From NCBI RefSeq assembly GCF_000220705.2, contig NZ_CP023202.1:4704187-4736186 (forward strand): DNA of 32,000 bases. Reading direction: 5' to 3'. Each line of letters begins with the position of its first letter. Position 1 is the first letter of the stretch. Below are positions 18,403 to 28,556 of the stretch, piece after piece. The stretch is from Streptomyces xinghaiensis S187. GTDB lineage: Bacteria; Actinomycetota; Actinomycetes; Streptomycetales; Streptomycetaceae. Below the pieces are notes generated by a model. That model worked only from the letters and a program-made list of their open reading frames with translations. It made no database searches and was not told the DNA's origin. The position numbers and the translations under genes are program-made.

Positions 18403-18991
18403 ATGGACGGTCGGGCAGTGGCTGGGACAGCGGCATCGGCGACGACTCGTGGTGTCGGAGCGACGGTCGGCGCGCAGGTGCGCCGTTTGCGGCACGCGCG
18501 TGAGCTGTCGCTGGCCGAATTGTCACGGCTGTCGGGCGTCAGCCGGGCGACTCTCTCCGGGATCGAGTCGGGGAAGGGCAACCCGACGGTCGAGACCATC
18601 TCCGCCATCGCCGTGGCGCTGCGGCTGCCGCTCGGTGATCTGCTCGTCGACCTCGTGCCGCAGAGACCGGTGCTGCGGCACGGTACGGCCGCCCCGGAGA
18701 CGAGCAAGCAGGAACTCCTGGAGCGGATCGGCGCCGGGGGGGTTCAGCGAGATCTGGCGGATCCGCATCGCCGGCGCCGGTCACCGGATCGACAGCCCCG
18801 CCCACGCCCAGGGCACCATCGAACGCATCGTCGTCCTGTCCGGAGGGCTGCGTGCCGGGCCGGTCGACGCCCCGGTGGACCTGGCCGAGGGGGACTTCGT
18901 CACGTTCGCGGCCGACGTGGCGCACTTCTACCAGGCCCTGCGGCCGGGGGTGGACGCGGTACTCGTCATGACCTACCCGGCGGCCTCGTAG
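18403..18991 (+). pseudogene. XRE-family HTH + cupin transcriptional regulator, frameshifted at a G7 tract
   Basis: Frame 1: VRRLRHARELSLAELSRLSGVSRATLSGIESGKGNPTVETISAIAVALRLPLGDLLVDLV...ELLERIGAGG; frame 2 continues FSEIWRIRIAGAGHRIDSPAHAQGTIERIVVLSGGLRAGPVDAPVDLAEGDFVTFAADVAHFYQAL. Removing one G from 18736-18742 joins them. Confidence 0.85.
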
Positions 18992-19689
18992 CCGCCCGCC
19001 GGCCGGGCGGCGGCCACCACCGCCGGGATCGCCCCGTGCTCGACCGCTTTGCGCACCGCCTCGGTACGGCAGGCGGCGTCCAGCTTGGCGTAGACGTTGG
19101 ACAGATGCCGTTTCACCGTGCTCTCCGTGATGACCAGCCGGTCGGCGATCTGCGAGTTGCGCAGGCCGCGGGCGACGAGGCCGATGATCTCCCGCTCCCG
19201 TGAGGTGAGGAGCTGCGGTGTCTGCTCCCGCAGCCAGACGAGGGTGTGCTGCGGCACCGACAGCACGATCCGGTCGTCGCCGCGGACGATGCCGCGGATC
19301 GTCCCGGCCAGCTCCTGCGGCGTCGCGTGCCGGGGGATGGCGGCCTGGACCCCCGCCGTCAGCGCGCGCCTGACCGTGAGCGGATCGTCCGCGGCGAGCA
19401 GGGCGACGACACGGGTTCCGCGGGCGGCGGTCCGCAGCCGGGCGAGATCCCGCAGGACCTCCGCGGCGGCGTGCTCGACGCCGATGAGGAGGACGTCGGG
19501 CCGGAGCGCACCGGTGTCCGCGTGCATCTCGCGCAGCGTCGCCGTGTGGGCCACGACCGAGAAGGTGTCGTCGGCCGAGAGGAAGTGCACCAGCCCCGCT
19601 CGGAAGAAGGTGCTGGCGTCCACGACGGCGACGCTGATGACGGGTTCGCGGGACAGGCCGGCGTTCGCGTCGCTTCGCTGGTACGGCAT
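18973..19689 (-). CDS. LuxR-family regulator with degenerate receiver domain
   Basis: VAVVDASTFFRAGLVHFL...; C-terminal LTSREREIIGLVARGLRNSQIADRLVITESTVKRHLSNVYAKL. Confidence 0.9.
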   Translation of the reverse strand: MPYQRSDANAGLSREPVISVAVVDASTFFRAGLVHFLSADDTFSVVAHTATLREMHADTGALRPDVLLIGVEHAAAEVLRDLARLRTAARGTRVVALLAADDPLTVRRALTAGVQAAIPRHATPQELAGTIRGIVRGDDRIVLSVPQHTLVWLREQTPQLLTSREREIIGLVARGLRNSQIADRLVITESTVKRHLSNVYAKLDAACRTEAVRKAVEHGAIPAVVAAARPAGGYEAAG

Positions 19690-21050
19690 CAAGGGGTCAC
19701 TGCCTTCCGGTCGCTGCCGCCGTCCATACGTCCCGCCGCCTCGGCGGCGTCGGGGTCCTCGGGGTCCTCGGAGAGGAGCGGGTCGCCGCGGTCCACGACT
19801 CTGGAGAGCCACATCCCGGCCATCTGGCTGGTGACGATCGACAGGACCACCAGTGAGGTGAAGAACCCCTCGCTGACGATGCCCGCGCTGAAGGTGACCG
19901 ACGCCAGGACGATGCCGGGCCCGCCGCGGGCGTTCATCGCCGCCGCGATGTTGGCGGCCGATCCGCGGCTCTGGCCGGCCAGCCTCGCTCCGAGCCAGAC
20001 GCTGGAGAACTTGACCGCGCAGGCGACCGCCAGGAACCAGAGGAAGAACAGGACGTCGAAGTGGCGGATCAGATCCAGCTGCAGTCCGACGACGGCGAAG
20101 TAGACGGGGATGAAGAAGCTGAGAGAGATCTTCCGCAGGGTCTCCCGGGCCTGCTCCCCGCGGGCCGTACCGGCATCGCAGATGCCGGCCGTGAGGGCCC
20201 CGAAGATCGGGTCCAGGCCCAGGCCGATGCAGACCAGGCACAGCGAGAAGACGAAGACCATCAGATACGCGGTGGGGCTGCGGTGCGCCAGGACGTTCCA
20301 GCGGAGCCGGGCGGCGGCCGTGAAGTACGTCCGTCCGTACCGGAGATGGACGAGGAGGAACGCGATGGGGGCCGCGGTGAAGTACAGGGCGCTCCAGACG
20401 ACCGGCCCGCCGGCGAAGAACATGCCGAGCCCGTAGGCGTCACCGGACATGGCGCCGGCCATCCCCAGGACGATGGCGAGGACCACGTACAGCAGGACGT
20501 CCTCGAGCACGGCCACGGTGAGGACGATCCGGGCGAACCGCGTTCCCAGGATGCCGAGGTCCAGCATGATCCTGGAGATCACCGGGATGCTGGTGAGCGC
20601 GATGGCCATGCCGAACACGAGGACCAGTGTGGCGTCGGAGCCATGGGGTCCGGTCAGCTCCCCGAGATCGAAGGAGGCGGCGATCGCGAGTCCGGCGGCG
20701 AAGGGAATCAGGAGTCCGGAGAGCGATACGGCGGTGATCGTCCGGCGCTCCGTACTCGTCACATGGCCGTGCAGTTCGGTGCCCGCCAGATAGATGAGCA
20801 GCAGCAGCCCGAGCTGGTAGATGGCGCCGATCGCGGAGGCGGCCGGGCCCTCCGCGGGAATGAGCTGCCGCTGCAACTCCGGGGAGAAATTGCCGAGAAC
20901 GGTCGGCCCCAGCAGAAGCCCTCCCAGTATCTCGCCGATGACGGGCGGCTGTCTCACCGCTTTGAACAGGTAGGCAACGCAGTGGGCGACGATCAGCAGG
21001 AGAATGAGGGCGATCAGGGTCTGCGCGACTTCATGGGTAGCCAGGGACAT
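19689..21050 (-). CDS. Cation:proton antiporter (CPA2/KefB-type), FlH-like
   Basis: Multiple TM helices; PPVIGEILGGLLLGPTVLG, FGMAIALTSIPVISRIMLDLG, DPIFGALTAGI, NARGGPGIVLASVTFSAGIVSEGFFTSLVVLSIVTSQMAG. Stop overlaps downstream LuxR ATG (TGATG). Confidence 0.93.
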   Translation of the reverse strand: MSLATHEVAQTLIALILLLIVAHCVAYLFKAVRQPPVIGEILGGLLLGPTVLGNFSPELQRQLIPAEGPAASAIGAIYQLGLLLLIYLAGTELHGHVTSTERRTITAVSLSGLLIPFAAGLAIAASFDLGELTGPHGSDATLVLVFGMAIALTSIPVISRIMLDLGILGTRFARIVLTVAVLEDVLLYVVLAIVLGMAGAMSGDAYGLGMFFAGGPVVWSALYFTAAPIAFLLVHLRYGRTYFTAAARLRWNVLAHRSPTAYLMVFVFSLCLVCIGLGLDPIFGALTAGICDAGTARGEQARETLRKISLSFFIPVYFAVVGLQLDLIRHFDVLFFLWFLAVACAVKFSSVWLGARLAGQSRGSAANIAAAMNARGGPGIVLASVTFSAGIVSEGFFTSLVVLSIVTSQMAGMWLSRVVDRGDPLLSEDPEDPDAAEAAGRMDGGSDRKAVTP

Positions 21051-21310
21051 CCGAAACCCTCCGTTGCCGTCTGCAGTTATCCGACCTCTTGATACCTGTG
21101 ACAGCGCGCCGCTGTCCACGGGACTGCGGAATTTCAACCGCTCTGCGGTCGGCCTGAACCTTTCGTATTAGTTCGGGCGGCGGAGGCGGAGGAATGCTCC
21201 GACCGAAGGTGGAGGCGTAATTCAACAACAGGACGGATGACACCGTCCGGTGGCCCGCCCAGACTTGTCTGCGACTCTTCTCCGATATGACGTGGTGATG
21301 GGGTGCGGCT

Positions 21311-22774
21311 GTGACGAATATTTCTCAGGAACCGGCGCCGGAGGTTCCGGATTTCCGGGTCGCGGATCTTTCGCTGGCCGAATTCGGGCGCCGTGAGATC
21401 CGTATGGCGGAGCACGAGATGCCCGGTCTGATGGCGTTGCGTCGGCAGTACGCCGGCAGCCGGCCGCTCCAGGGCGCCCGCATCACCGGCTCCCTGCACA
21501 TGACCGTGCAGACCGCGGTGCTGGTGGAGACGTTGCGGGCGCTCGGCGCCCGGGTGCGCTGGGCGAGCTGCAACATCTTCTCCACCCAGGATCACGCGGC
21601 GGCCGCCGTCGTGGCCGGCCCGGACGGCACCCCCGAAGAGCCGCGCGGCGTACCGGTTTTCGCCTGGAAGGGGGAAACGCTGGAGGAGTACTGGTGGTGC
21701 ACCGAGCAGGCGCTGACCTGGCCCGAGGGCGGCCCCGATCTGATCGTCGACGACGGGGGAGACGCCACGCTCCTGGTCCACCGTGGGGTGGAGTACGAAA
21801 AGAGGGGAGCCGTCCCGCCACCGTCCTCGGCGGCCTCGCAGGAGGAGGCCGTGATCCTCGAACTGCTCGGCCGGAGCCTGGCCGGGAACCCGCACCGCTG
21901 GACGGCCGCCGCCCGTGACCTCCGGGGCGTGTCCGAGGAGACGACCACCGGTGTCCTGCGGCTGCAGGAGATGCAGCGCGAGGGCCGGCTCCTCTTCCCC
22001 GCGATCAATGTCAACGACTCGGTGACCAAGTCGAAGTTCGACAACCGCTACGGCTGCCGCCATTCCCTCATCGACGGCATCAAACGCGGTACCGATGTGC
22101 TCATCGGCGGCAAGACGGCGGTCGTCTGCGGATACGGGGACGTGGGCAAGGGCTGTGCGGAGGCGCTGCGCGGCCAGGGCGCGCGGGTGACGGTCACCGA
22201 AGTCGACCCGATCTGTGCGCTCCAGGCGGCCATGGACGGCTATGCCGTGGCCACGCTGGAGGAGATGCTCCCGACCGCCGACATCTTCGTCACCGCCACG
22301 GGCAACCGGGACATCATCCTGGCCGAGCACATGGCGCGGATGAAGCACCAGGCCGTGGTGGGGAACATCGGGCACTTCGACAACGAGGTCGACATGGCCG
22401 GACTGGAGGCGTACCCCGGTGTCCGGCGGCTGCCGGTCAAGCCGCAGGTGGATCTGTGGGCCTTCCCCGACGGACACGCGGTCATCGTGCTGAGCGAGGG
22501 ACGGCTGCTCAACCTCGGCAACGCCACCGGACACCCCAGTTTCGTCATGTCGACCAGCTTCGCCAACCAGGTCATCGCGCAGCTCGAACTCTTCACCCGG
22601 GCCGAGGAGTACCCCCTGGGTGTGCACCGCCTGCCCAAGCACCTCGACGAACAGGTGGCACGGCTCCATCTGGCGGCGCTCAACGTCCGGCTGACCCGGC
22701 TCACCCCGGTGCAGGCCGAGTATCTCGGGGTGTCCGTCGAGGGCCCGTACAAACCGGAGCACTACCGCTACTGA
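21311..22774 (+). CDS. ahcY: Adenosylhomocysteinase (SAH hydrolase), FlI-like
   Basis: [45 protein letters not shown]; [67 protein letters not shown]; [10 protein letters not shown]-terminus. Confidence 0.98.
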   Translation: MTNISQEPAPEVPDFRVADLSLAEFGRREIRMAEHEMPGLMALRRQYAGSRPLQGARITGSLHMTVQTAVLVETLRALGARVRWASCNIFSTQDHAAAAVVAGPDGTPEEPRGVPVFAWKGETLEEYWWCTEQALTWPEGGPDLIVDDGGDATLLVHRGVEYEKRGAVPPPSSAASQEEAVILELLGRSLAGNPHRWTAAARDLRGVSEETTTGVLRLQEMQREGRLLFPAINVNDSVTKSKFDNRYGCRHSLIDGIKRGTDVLIGGKTAVVCGYGDVGKGCAEALRGQGARVTVTEVDPICALQAAMDGYAVATLEEMLPTADIFVTATGNRDIILAEHMARMKHQAVVGNIGHFDNEVDMAGLEAYPGVRRLPVKPQVDLWAFPDGHAVIVLSEGRLLNLGNATGHPSFVMSTSFANQVIAQLELFTRAEEYPLGVHRLPKHLDEQVARLHLAALNVRLTRLTPVQAEYLGVSVEGPYKPEHYRY

Positions 22775-22819
22775 CCCGCCGGCGACCCGCCGGACGGCAA
22801 CCCGAGGGAGAGAAGGCCC

Positions 22820-23362
22820 ATGGACCGTGGCAGCCTCGGCTCAACGGACGCGCTGCTGCAAGCGATAGTGGACGTTCCCGGATACCCCCGGCCGGGAATC
22901 GTCTTCAAGGACATCACCCCGCTGCTCGCCGACCACGACGTCTCCGGCCGGCTGGTGGCCGCCATGGGGGAGCCCTTCCGGGGGAAGGCGGACAAGGTCG
23001 CGGGTATCGAGGCGCGGGGATTCATCCTGGCGGCGCCGCTGGCACACCTGCTCGGCGTGGGCTTCGTCCCGCTGCGGAAGGCCGGCAAGCTGCCACGGGC
23101 CACCTTCGCCGAAGGCTACGACCTGGAATACGGACGAGCGACGCTGGAAGTGCACCGTGACGCCTTCGAGCCGGGGGAGCGCGTCCTGGTCGTCGACGAC
23201 GTCCTCGCCACCGGGGGGACCGCCGCTGCGGCGCTGCGCCTGGTGGCCCGGGCGAACGGTGTGCCGGTGGGCTTCACCGCGCTGCTCGACCTCGGACTGG
23301 TGGCGGTCCGGGAGAAGCTCGGGGGAACCCCGCTCCACATCCTCCACACCGTGGCCTCCTGA
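22820..23362 (+). CDS. apt: Adenine phosphoribosyltransferase
   Basis: VDVPGYPRPGIVFKDITPLLAD, GIEARGFILAAPLAHLLGVGFVPLRKAGKLP, RVLVVDDVLATGGTAAAALRLV. Confidence 0.95.
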   Translation: MDRGSLGSTDALLQAIVDVPGYPRPGIVFKDITPLLADHDVSGRLVAAMGEPFRGKADKVAGIEARGFILAAPLAHLLGVGFVPLRKAGKLPRATFAEGYDLEYGRATLEVHRDAFEPGERVLVVDDVLATGGTAAAALRLVARANGVPVGFTALLDLGLVAVREKLGGTPLHILHTVAS

Positions 23363-23414
23363 TCCGGTGCCGGCCGAGCCCGCTCGGCGGTGTGCCGCCC
23401 GCGACGGCCGGGCG

Positions 23415-23714
23415 ATGCAGCGCCTGACGATCTTCATCAGAAGCACCGACGTCTCCGGACGCTCCCCGCTCGACTCGGCGATCATCCGGTGCGCCCGGCA
23501 GAGCGGTCTGCGCGGGATGACCGTGATCCCTTGTGTCGAAGGCTTCGGCAGAGCCCGGACCGTGCGACGGCCGCGGTGGTTCACGGTGGTGCAGGACCAC
23601 CCGTTGATGCTGGTGGCCGTCGACACCGCCGACCGCATCGCCGGGTTCCGGACCGCCCTGGACCGGATCGCCCCGGGCAGTCTCGTCGTGGTGGACGAAG
23701 TGACGGCCGTCTGA
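23415..23714 (+). CDS. DUF190 family protein (copy 2)
   Basis: MQRLTIFIRSTDVSGRSPLDSAIIRCARQSGLRGMTVIPCVEGFGRARTVRRPRWFTVVQDHPLMLVAVDTADRIAGF. Confidence 0.82.
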   Translation: MQRLTIFIRSTDVSGRSPLDSAIIRCARQSGLRGMTVIPCVEGFGRARTVRRPRWFTVVQDHPLMLVAVDTADRIAGFRTALDRIAPGSLVVVDEVTAV

Positions 23715-23819
23715 GACCCCGCCCGGCGCGGCCGCACGGCGCGCCGGCACCCCCCCACTCCACCCCAGCCCCGGCCGGCCCCGGAGACCGGCTCCCTGCC
23801 CTCAGGAGAGGACGCGCCC

Positions 23820-25013
23820 ATGTCCCGTGCCCAGACATACACCTCGGAATCCGTCACCGAAGGCCACCCCGACAAGGTCGCCGACCAGATATCCGACGCC
23901 CTGCTCGACGAGATCCTGCGGATCGACCCCGCGGCGCGCTGCGCCTGCGAAACCCTCGTCACCACCGGACTCGTGGTGGTGGCCGGGGAGCTGGGCACCA
24001 CCGCCCGGATCGATGTGCCCGACGTCGTGCGGGCGGTCCTGCGCGACATCGGGTACGACAGCGCCCGCCAGGGCTTCGACGGCAACAGCTGCGGCATCAT
24101 CGTCACGCTCGACCGGCAGTCCCCCGACATCGCACGGGGTCTCGACTCCTCGTGGGAGAGCCGCACCGCCAGGGGAGATATCGTCCCGCTGGACCGCCAG
24201 GGCGCCGGCGACCAGGGCATGATGGTCGGCTACGCCTGCGACGAGACCCCGGAGCTCATGCCGCTGCCCATCTCCCTGGCACACCGGCTGGCCCGGCGCC
24301 TCAGCGAGGTGCGCAGGACGGGCGTGCTGCCGTATCTGCGGCCCGACGGCAAGACGCAGGTGACCGTGGATTACGAGAACGGGCGCCCGGCCCGGGTGTC
24401 CACGATCGTGGTGTCCGCCCAGCACACCCCCGACGTCGACGTGGAACGCGTCCTGGCACCGGAGATCCGTGCGCAGGTGATCGAGCCCTGCCTGACCGGG
24501 GAGCGGGCGGAGGACCGGCCCGTCGTCCTGGTGAACCCGACCGGGCGTTTCGAGAGCGGCGGACCGGTGGCGGACGTCGGGCTCACGGGCCGCAAGGTCA
24601 TCGTGGACACCTACGGGAGCATGGCGCGGCACGGCGGCGGGGCCTTCAGCGGCAAGGACCCCTCGAAGGTGGACCGGTCGGCCGCGTACGCCGCGCGCTG
24701 GGCCGCCAAGAACGTCATCGCGGCCGGGCTCGCGGAACGCTGCGAGGTCCATCTGAGCTACGCGATCGGCGTGGCACGGCCGGTGGGTGTGCACGTGGAG
24801 ACCTTCGGCACCGACCGGGTGGATCCCGTGCGCCTGGCCAAGGTCGTGCCGGACTTCTTCGATCTGAGGCCCGCGGCGATCGTACGGGACCTGCGGCTCA
24901 ACCGTCCCGTCTTCCGGGCGACCGCGGCCTACGGCCACTTCGGCCGGGAGGAGCCGGGCTTCACCTGGGAGGAGCGGTCGCGGGCGGCGGAGCTCGCGGC
25001 GGCGCTGGCATGA
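23820..25013 (+). CDS. metK: S-adenosylmethionine synthetase
   Basis: [86 protein letters not shown]. Confidence 0.98.
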   Translation: MSRAQTYTSESVTEGHPDKVADQISDALLDEILRIDPAARCACETLVTTGLVVVAGELGTTARIDVPDVVRAVLRDIGYDSARQGFDGNSCGIIVTLDRQSPDIARGLDSSWESRTARGDIVPLDRQGAGDQGMMVGYACDETPELMPLPISLAHRLARRLSEVRRTGVLPYLRPDGKTQVTVDYENGRPARVSTIVVSAQHTPDVDVERVLAPEIRAQVIEPCLTGERAEDRPVVLVNPTGRFESGGPVADVGLTGRKVIVDTYGSMARHGGGAFSGKDPSKVDRSAAYAARWAAKNVIAAGLAERCEVHLSYAIGVARPVGVHVETFGTDRVDPVRLAKVVPDFFDLRPAAIVRDLRLNRPVFRATAAYGHFGREEPGFTWEERSRAAELAAALA

Positions 25014-26092
25014 GCGGGGCGGCCGGCGCGGGCGGGGCGGCCCACCCTCCCGGAACCCCGCCGGTGATCGGCTGGCGCGGGGACGCCGTGGTGGCGCTGG
25101 ACCAGACGCGGCTGCCGCACGAGGTCACCACGCTCACCCTCGCCACGGTCGACGAACTGGTGGACGCCATCCGCGGACTGGCGGTGCGCGGGGCCCCCGT
25201 CCTGGGGGCCGCCGGTGCCCTGGGCACCGCCCTGGCGGTCCACCGGGCGGAACAACACGGCTGGACCGCGTCCCGGCTCGCCGGCCAGCTCGACCGGATC
25301 CGTGAGGCCCGGCCGACCGCCGCCGATCTGGCCGCCGGCGTGACCGCCATGGAGCCGGTCGTCCACCGCGGCGCCCGGGCCGTCGAGGCCGCGGCCCGGT
25401 CCTACACCGAACGCATCGCGGCGGCCGGCCGGCGCATCGCCGAACGGGGGGCCGACTACCTGGCCGGCCTCTGCCGGAGCGGGACGCTGAGCCTCCACAC
25501 CCACTGCAACACGGGGGCGCTGGCCGGGATCGAGTGGGGGACCGCGCTCGGGGTGGTGCGGGCTCTGCACACCCGGGGCCGGGTGCGGCAGGTCATCGTC
25601 GACGAAACCCGGCCGCTGCTCCAGGGCTCCCGGCTGACCTGCTGGGAACTGGAGCAGTGGGGTGTCGACTACCGGCTCGTCTGCGACGGCGCCGCACCGT
25701 ACCTCCTCGCGCGCGGCGGGGTGGACGCGGTGGTGGTGGGCGCCGACCGGGTCGCCGCCAACGGCGACTTCGCGAACAAGATCGGCACGTTCGGGCTGGC
25801 TCTGGCGGCACGTCACGCCGGAGTCCCCTTCGTCGTCGCGGCACCGGAGTCCACGCTCGACCCCGGCGTTCCGGACGGCGCGGCCATACCCGTCGAACAG
25901 CGTTCCGAACGGGAGGTCACCCATGTCGCGGACGTGTCCGTCGCGCCGGCCGGGGCCAGGGCCATCAACCCCGCCTTCGACGTCACCCCCGCCGAACTGG
26001 TGAGTGCCCTGGTCACCGAACGGCGGCTGATCGTCGCCCCGTCCGGACCGGCGGCCGTGGTACCGGGGCGGGCGGACCCGCACCCGGTGTGA
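25010..26092 (+). CDS. mtnA: S-methyl-5-thioribose-1-phosphate isomerase family enzyme; candidate 5-fluoro-5-deoxyribose-1-phosphate isomerase
   Basis: [79 protein letters not shown]; ATGA overlap with metK. Confidence 0.95.
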   Translation: MSGAAGAGGAAHPPGTPPVIGWRGDAVVALDQTRLPHEVTTLTLATVDELVDAIRGLAVRGAPVLGAAGALGTALAVHRAEQHGWTASRLAGQLDRIREARPTAADLAAGVTAMEPVVHRGARAVEAAARSYTERIAAAGRRIAERGADYLAGLCRSGTLSLHTHCNTGALAGIEWGTALGVVRALHTRGRVRQVIVDETRPLLQGSRLTCWELEQWGVDYRLVCDGAAPYLLARGGVDAVVVGADRVAANGDFANKIGTFGLALAARHAGVPFVVAAPESTLDPGVPDGAAIPVEQRSEREVTHVADVSVAPAGARAINPAFDVTPAELVSALVTERRLIVAPSGPAAVVPGRADPHPV

Positions 26093-26338
26093 GACGGGCC
26101 CCGCCGGGACGGAGGGCCTCCCCGGGGCCGTCGGAGGCCGTCGGAGGCCGTCCGGGGCGAGGCGCGGTGGGGGTGCGGGGTCCGGGGGCGGGTGCACCCG
26201 GCGCGCGGACACCGCCGCGTGCCGGGACCGCCCGGGGCTTCCGCCCGGGGGGTGCCCCGCTGCGGGCAGGGACGGGGCCGGGACAGGGCCGGGGAGCGGG
26301 GGAGCGCCTGCGGCGTCCGCCCGGCGCACCGGTCCCGG

Positions 26339-27115
26339 CTACTGCCCGCAGGGGGTGGGGACTCTGATGAGCCCGGTTCCGTAGGCTCTGGCGACCGCCT
26401 GGGACCGGTTGCGCAGTCCCAGCTTGGACAGCAGCCGCGACACATGGGACTTCACCGTGGCCTCCCCCAGTGAGAGGAAGTCGGCGATCTCTCCGTTGGA
26501 CATCCCGGTGGCCATCAGCCGCAGGACCTCCAGCTCCCGGGCCGTCAGAACGCTGAAGACGTCCGCGGACGCGGGCATGGTGACGGCCGACAGGTTCGCC
26601 CAGGGTTCCAGGGCGGCGATCATCCCGGGCGGCAGCACGGCATAGCCGGCCGCGACCGCGTGCACCGCGGCGACCATCTGGCGAGGGGGGTCACTTTTCG
26701 CCAGGAACGCGCGGGCGCCGGCCAGCAGGCCCCGCAGCGCCGTGGCCGAGTCCAGGGACTGTGCGAGGAACACCACGCAGGCCGTACGGTCCCCGGCGGT
26801 ACTGGTGACCATTCTGCTCAGCCGCAGGCCCTCGCCGAACGGTACGTCGAGTTCGATGAAGAGCACGTCCGGCAAATACTCCCGGGCCAGGCGGACCGCC
26901 TCGTCCGCGTGCCCGGTCTCGGCGACCACTTGAATATGGGCATCCTCCTCCAGGATTTTCCGCAGGCCTTTTCGGATCAGAAGGTTGTGCGTGCACAACA
27001 AGACGGTGATCAACCTTTTCCCCCACTGGTCCGGGACTCGGGCGTCCTCAGGGCGTGAACCGCGGGTGTGCGCATGCGGGCGCAGGCCTCCGAAGGGGAT
27101 ATGTTTCTGCTGCAT
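26339..27115 (-). CDS. LuxR-family response-regulator-like protein with degenerate receiver domain
   Basis: ITVLLCTHNLLIRKGLRKILEEDAHIQVVAETGHADEAVRL...; LTARELEVLRLMATGMSNGEIADFLSLGEATVKSHVSRLLSKLGLRNRSQAVARAY. Start codon uncertain. Confidence 0.88.
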   Translation of the reverse strand: MQQKHIPFGGLRPHAHTRGSRPEDARVPDQWGKRLITVLLCTHNLLIRKGLRKILEEDAHIQVVAETGHADEAVRLAREYLPDVLFIELDVPFGEGLRLSRMVTSTAGDRTACVVFLAQSLDSATALRGLLAGARAFLAKSDPPRQMVAAVHAVAAGYAVLPPGMIAALEPWANLSAVTMPASADVFSVLTARELEVLRLMATGMSNGEIADFLSLGEATVKSHVSRLLSKLGLRNRSQAVARAYGTGLIRVPTPCGQ

Positions 27116-27813
27116 CGATGGTCCGGCTGCACTCCGGGGCTCGAAGCCAACAGCTCCGCAGAGCGTCCTCCGGGCGTCCGTCCCCGCTGTGCCGGGTTCA
27201 CAGGGAATTGCCGGTTCCGTGGCTGCCTGGTGTCGTGATGCCCGCGATTCTCGCACCCGTGGGTGTGCCGGGTCTTCCAGCCAGTATGAGTCGCGGTGAT
27301 TCCCTGTGAAACATGTACTTCGGCCGTCGCGTGGTGCGCTGTGACGCGCCGCCGGTGGGAAGCAACCGCCCGGGCGGATGAGGCCAGGGGGGCCCGTGTT
27401 CCTGCAGGGGTGAGGCCGCAGGGGCGGCTGTGAACGGCCGGGGGCGCGCCGGGCTGGTGGCGCGGAAGGGGTTTCAGGGCTGTGGGTGCCAAGTGCCCGA
27501 TTATGGTTGTGTGTTGGCTCATTCAAGGGTGTGCCCTTGGCAAATGCACACGAAATGAGGGGACGGACAGGGGCCGGCCCGGCCGAAAGCCGTCGGTGCC
27601 GGTTCGGCGCGCCGGTCCGAGCGCCGGTCGCCGGCGTGCGGACACCGGTGTGACGCGGCTGCTTGCGGCAGAGCCCCGCCGGACTCGGAACGGTCCGGCG
27701 GGGCCCGCTGGTGTGCTGTGCGATCCCGCTGTGCGCTGTCCGGCGGCTCCGGCGCGGACGGCCCGGAGGGCTCGCCCGTGCCCGGAACGGCCGGGCGGCC
27801 GGCGGGGCTCGGC

Positions 27814-28479
27814 TCAGAAGGTCACGTCACTGCACAGGTAGTACGACTGGTCCATGTGCGACGCCTGCCAGATGGTGAAGACGACGTGATTGCCGGTGCG
27901 GCCGGGGGCGCTCACGTCGAACGAGATGTTCTGCGCGGGGGCGTACCTGCCGGTCGTCTTCACCAGTTCCAGGCTGCCCCAGGTCAACGGCTGCGTCGCC
28001 GGGTCGAAGCCCTGCTTGGTGACGTAGACCTGGAAGAAGTCCGCGCCGTGGCTGGCCTGGTCGTACAGGCTCATGGTGAAGTTGTTGCTGATCTTGGTGG
28101 TCTTCCACGGGCCCACGGCGTCCATGGAGCGGTAGCGGCCGCTCTCGGCGTGGCCGCCGCTGCAGAGCCGGCCGTCGGGGATGGCGGAGCGGAAGTTGCC
28201 GCCGACGCCGTTGCGGTACAGGCCGTTCCAGTTCCACATGGCGTTCGGGTTGTCCTGCCACGCCTGCCAGCACATCGGGTCTTCCTGCTGCATGGCGGGG
28301 TTCATGTGGTCGCCGCCCCAGCGCTCGTGGCAGCTGTAGGCGCGGGCACCCGGGTTGACGATCGAGCCGTGCGCCGCCGCCGTGTCGGCCCAGGGGACCA
28401 GGCAGAGCAGCGAGGCGAAGAGCAGCGCGAAGGCGCGCAGCGCCCATCTCGGGGATTCGAGGGCTCCGTGTACACGCAT
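27814..28479 (-). CDS. Secreted lytic polysaccharide monooxygenase, AA10 family
   Basis: Signal peptide ending AAA then mature N-terminal His: HGSIVNPGARAYSCHERWGGDHMNPAMQQEDPMCWQAWQDNPNAMWNWNGLYRNG...HVVFTIWQASHMDQSYYLCSDVTF. Confidence 0.95.
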   Translation of the reverse strand: MRVHGALESPRWALRAFALLFASLLCLVPWADTAAAHGSIVNPGARAYSCHERWGGDHMNPAMQQEDPMCWQAWQDNPNAMWNWNGLYRNGVGGNFRSAIPDGRLCSGGHAESGRYRSMDAVGPWKTTKISNNFTMSLYDQASHGADFFQVYVTKQGFDPATQPLTWGSLELVKTTGRYAPAQNISFDVSAPGRTGNHVVFTIWQASHMDQSYYLCSDVTF

Positions 28480-28542
28480 GGTGGGGGTCTCCGTTTTTCG
28501 GCCGTGGGGATGTCCGGGTGTTCCGGGGGCGGAGCAGGGGAG

Positions 28543-28556
28543 TGGGAGCGCTCCCA
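28543..28556. promoter_or_regulatory. CebR-type operator palindrome
   Basis: Perfect 14-bp palindrome TGGGAGCGCTCCCA upstream of the LPMO start. Confidence 0.85.

Noticed and set aside
22841-24220. 459-aa minus-strand ORF
   Set aside because: Antisense to apt, DUF190 and metK, which are all confidently identified.
23390-26092. Single 900-aa plus ORF
   Set aside because: Only the last 361 aa (25010-26092) form MtnA; the upstream part is an out-of-frame read through metK.
26121-26160. Short GTCGGAGGCC direct repeats after mtnA
   Set aside because: Two to three imperfect 10-bp copies in high-GC intergenic DNA; not distinguishable from compositional bias.
24929-26329. 466-aa minus-strand ORF
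   Set aside because: Antisense shadow of mtnA.
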